Shown here: positions 45,954 to 48,422 of the stretch, piece after piece
Position numbering within the stretch: position 1 is the stretch's first letter
Layout of the letters: the number at the start of each line of letters is the position of its first letter
Source of the DNA: a virus
Lineage: Duplodnaviria > Caudoviricetes
Strand: one strand, 5' to 3'
Length of the DNA: 48,422 bases
Virus record (IMG/VR): IMGVR_UViG_3300017747_003013
Location: 1-48,422 of that record
Program-made: the position numbers and the translations under genes
Notes under the pieces: model-generated
Told to the model about the DNA's origin: nothing
The model's input: only the letters and a program-made list of their open reading frames with translations
Databases searched by the model: none

Positions 45954-46212
45954 CGTACCTACGTACCTACGGTTTTCTATATCTCTCTGCTATAAGACAT
46001 AAGACACTCTTATATGTGCCCTTATCCTTTGTCAGTGCAGTGTAGGTACGTAGGTACGATAGAGCTAAAACACCTGACAAATCAGCGCGGTGATCCGTAC
46101 CTACGACGACGGTTTCCGTAGGTACGGCGTAGGTACGTAGGTACGATGCTTGCCACATTTTGAGCACGCCGCGTACCTACGCCGCGCCGCGTACCTACGC
46201 CGCGTACCTACG
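45954..46212. repeat. Iteron-like array, putative replication origin
   Basis: 11 copies of CGTACCTAC(G): 6 forward and 5 reverse, around an AT-rich core at 45972-46041. Confidence 0.8.
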
Positions 46213-48422
46213 TTTTCGAGTTGTCGACCGCCAGTTTCAGCTTCGCCAGCGCCTCGGCGACGCTCTTGTCGCTGCCCGGCGCACCGTTGCGCAGCACCTC
46301 GCGGCGCCTGTCGTCGGCGTCGACGACAGCCCACTTCGCCGAGTGCTGCCGCGTCCTCGCGTAGATCGGGTGGCGCTTGCTGTCGACCTTCAGCACCCAG
46401 CTCGGGCCGTCCTTCTCACCGACGCGCAGCAGCAGCTTCTGCATGGCGCGCTTGGCCCCCACCTCCCACCGCTCGGGGAAGTCGTAGCTGTGCTCATCGC
46501 GCAGCTTGCGCATCGCGCTCAGGAGCTGGTCGGGCAGCACCAGCTCGCCCGGCAGCTCGCGCAGCGCCTCCTCCAGCGCCAGGTCGATCGGTGACAGGGC
46601 GAAGCCGCTCATCGCCTCCTTGCTGGCTGTCTTGATCGGCACGGCGAAAGGTGAGTAGTCCGCCATGTCATAGGCTTCGAGCCACCGCACGAAGGCGCCT
46701 ACGTTCTCGGGCTCGCCCATCCAGGCGTTGATGCTCTCCCAGTATTCGACGTCGCGAGGGTCGCCGTTGGCGAGCACGGCGAAGCGGCGATCCTCTGGTG
46801 GCAACGGCAGCGCGTCGGGGTTGTTGGTGAAGATCACATATGAGGCCGGCGTCAGCGCCCGATAGCTCTTGGTGTACTTCTCGACGATCAGCCGCTCGCG
46901 CGGGCGCGGCTCGACGATCTCTTTCAGCCGTTCGTAGGTGTCGTGCTTTGTCCTGAAGGTCGAGCCGTTGTCGGCCGTCGAGCTTTCATTGACCAGCACA
47001 ACGAGGCTGTCCGCCTGCCAGCCGGTGTATTGCGATTGCGTCGTACGCCCGACAAAGTGGTCGAAGCCCAGCTCGTTGACGTAGCGCGAGCCGAAGATGC
47101 GCTTGATAAGCTCGCCGAGCGTGCCGCGTCCCGTGCCGAAGCGGCGGGCCACCATCAGCACCGCTGGCCCCGGCGTCGCCGGGTGGAGCCATTTGTAGGC
47201 GAGCCAGCGGGTGAACCATTCGCGCTCGGCCTGCTCGGGCAGCAGTTGCTCCAGTAGCTCGATGCCACCCCACGCATTGCCGCCGCTCTCGGGGTGCAAC
47301 TCCGGCTTGTAGACGTTGCTGTAGAGCTTGCCGCGCTCCTCGTAGGTCGGCCGGGGCATGTCAGGCCGCAGGCGCTGCCCCTCCAGCGTCAGGCGGTCCT
47401 TGCTGGCCAGCCACAGGTCGACGGGGCTGATCTTGATGTCGCCGCCGCGCGGGCCGGTCTCGTGCCCGGTCCACGGCGCCAGCATGTGGCGGAAGTTGGT
47501 GACGGTCATCACCCCCTCGCCGATGGCGTCGGCCCAGATGGGGACGACGCTCGCCTGCTGGCCGGGGCAGAGCGCCCACGTCTGCGTCGCCTTGGCTGCC
47601 GCTACTGTGTGATCGTCGTCGGCTGAGAGCTTGGCCCGCCGACGGGCCTTCTTCTCGCTCTCCAGGTCGCGCAGGCGGATCAGGCGCGCCGCGAGGGCGT
47701 CGGTGTCGATCTGGGCGGCAGCCGCCGGCAGGTCGCCCGGATCGGCGTCGGCCGGCATGTGCGTCACGCCGCTCGCGCTGTCCCAGATCGTCAACTGCCC
47801 GCTATGCGAGCGCCCGACGAGGCAGCGCGTCAGCGAGTGGCCGCGCCCCGGCTCCAGCCACAAGGCCGAGCAGCGCAGGCCCTCGGTGCCGGCGATCTCG
47901 CGCAGCTCGGCGAGCGAGCGGGTGATCTCGTCATTGCACTCGAAGACCATGTCGTCGGTCAGGTCGTAGACCCTGACGGCCTCGCTCTCGCCACTGGTCG
48001 AGCGCGTCACCTGCTCGAAGCCGAGCTTGCGCAAGGTCGCCTCGGCGATCTCGGCGATCTTGAAGAAGTCGGCCTTGCTAAGCTCTGGCAGGTCGGCGAG
48101 CGGCACCGTCAGCGGTGACTTGTCTTCAGCCCAGCCGTACTCGACCACCACGTCGCCCGCCTTGTCGCGCGTGTGCGCCCCGAAGGCGCCGAACTGGCGA
48201 GGCGAGCCGCCGCCGAATATCTCGACGCAATGGGCGGTGTCGACATCTGGGTCTGTCTTGCCAGGCGCCCAGAAGCGGAAGGTATGGATGCGGCCGAAGG
48301 GTTCAGCCGTACGGCAGAACCAACCTTCCTTCATCCCCTTGCCGTAGCGCACCAAGGCGCCGGCCCTGAGCTGCGGGAAAGCCTTCTCGATGGCCTCGGC
48401 CGCCATCGTCAACCCGCTCTCC
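46208..48422 (-). CDS. Primase-helicase, 3' part (DUF5906/SF3-like NTPase)
   Basis: Walker A-like FGTGRGT, Walker B VLVNES, IFTNN and DRRF; continues from 1-264. Confidence 0.88.
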   Translation of the reverse strand, partial: ESGLTMAAEAIEKAFPQLRAGALVRYGKGMKEGWFCRTAEPFGRIHTFRFWAPGKTDPDVDTAHCVEIFGGGSPRQFGAFGAHTRDKAGDVVVEYGWAEDKSPLTVPLADLPELSKADFFKIAEIAEATLRKLGFEQVTRSTSGESEAVRVYDLTDDMVFECNDEITRSLAELREIAGTEGLRCSALWLEPGRGHSLTRCLVGRSHSGQLTIWDSASGVTHMPADADPGDLPAAAAQIDTDALAARLIRLRDLESEKKARRRAKLSADDDHTVAAAKATQTWALCPGQQASVVPIWADAIGEGVMTVTNFRHMLAPWTGHETGPRGGDIKISPVDLWLASKDRLTLEGQRLRPDMPRPTYEERGKLYSNVYKPELHPESGGNAWGGIELLEQLLPEQAEREWFTRWLAYKWLHPATPGPAVLMVARRFGTGRGTLGELIKRIFGSRYVNELGFDHFVGRTTQSQYTGWQADSLVVLVNESSTADNGSTFRTKHDTYERLKEIVEPRPRERLIVEKYTKSYRALTPASYVIFTNNPDALPLPPEDRRFAVLANGDPRDVEYWESINAWMGEPENVGAFVRWLEAYDMADYSPFAVPIKTASKEAMSGFALSPIDLALEEALRELPGELVLPDQLLSAMRKLRDEHSYDFPERWEVGAKRAMQKLLLRVGEKDGPSWVLKVDSKRHPIYARTRQHSAKWAVVDADDRRREVLRNGAPGSDKSVAEALAKLKLAVDNSKT
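48387..48422. repeat. 36-bp terminal direct repeat, right copy
   Basis: Identical to 2-37. Confidence 0.95.

Noticed and set aside
45954-46212. CRISPR array or mini-array
   Set aside because: Repeats are only 10 bp, occur in both orientations, overlap and have irregular spacing. The Cas4-like gene belongs to the replication module.

Overview
This window looks like the complete, circularly permuted genome of a high-GC tailed phage. Bases 2-37 repeat at 48387-48422, giving a circle of about 48,385 bp, and the primase gene runs across that join. Morphogenesis genes have a podovirus layout: TerS, TerL, portal, scaffold, capsid, adaptor, nozzle, ejection proteins, two tail appendages and lysis genes. 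The replication module is APSE/BPP-1-like: Prim-Pol/helicase, family A polymerase, SSB, Cas4-like nuclease, VRR-NUC and SNF2 helicase. I found no integrase, RNA polymerase, tRNA or CRISPR array. An alphaproteobacterial host is inferred from a DnaA-domain-IV-like protein and apparent GANTC avoidance. The most notable observations are: (1) a DfrB/R67-type dihydrofolate reductase homologue coupled to the terminase gene; (2) a DNA polymerase split into two genes around a 2.9-kb cassette with its own promoter/operator, which matches the early promoter; (3) a two-subunit C5 methyltransferase with one subunit nested out of frame; (4) a 3086-aa polyvalent ejection protein with nested ART, GNAT and zincin modules; (5) an 11-copy iteron origin; (6) a structured RNA leader ahead of the SSB gene; (7) an internally deleted SprT gene. 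All family assignments come from motif recognition by eye; no database search was run.
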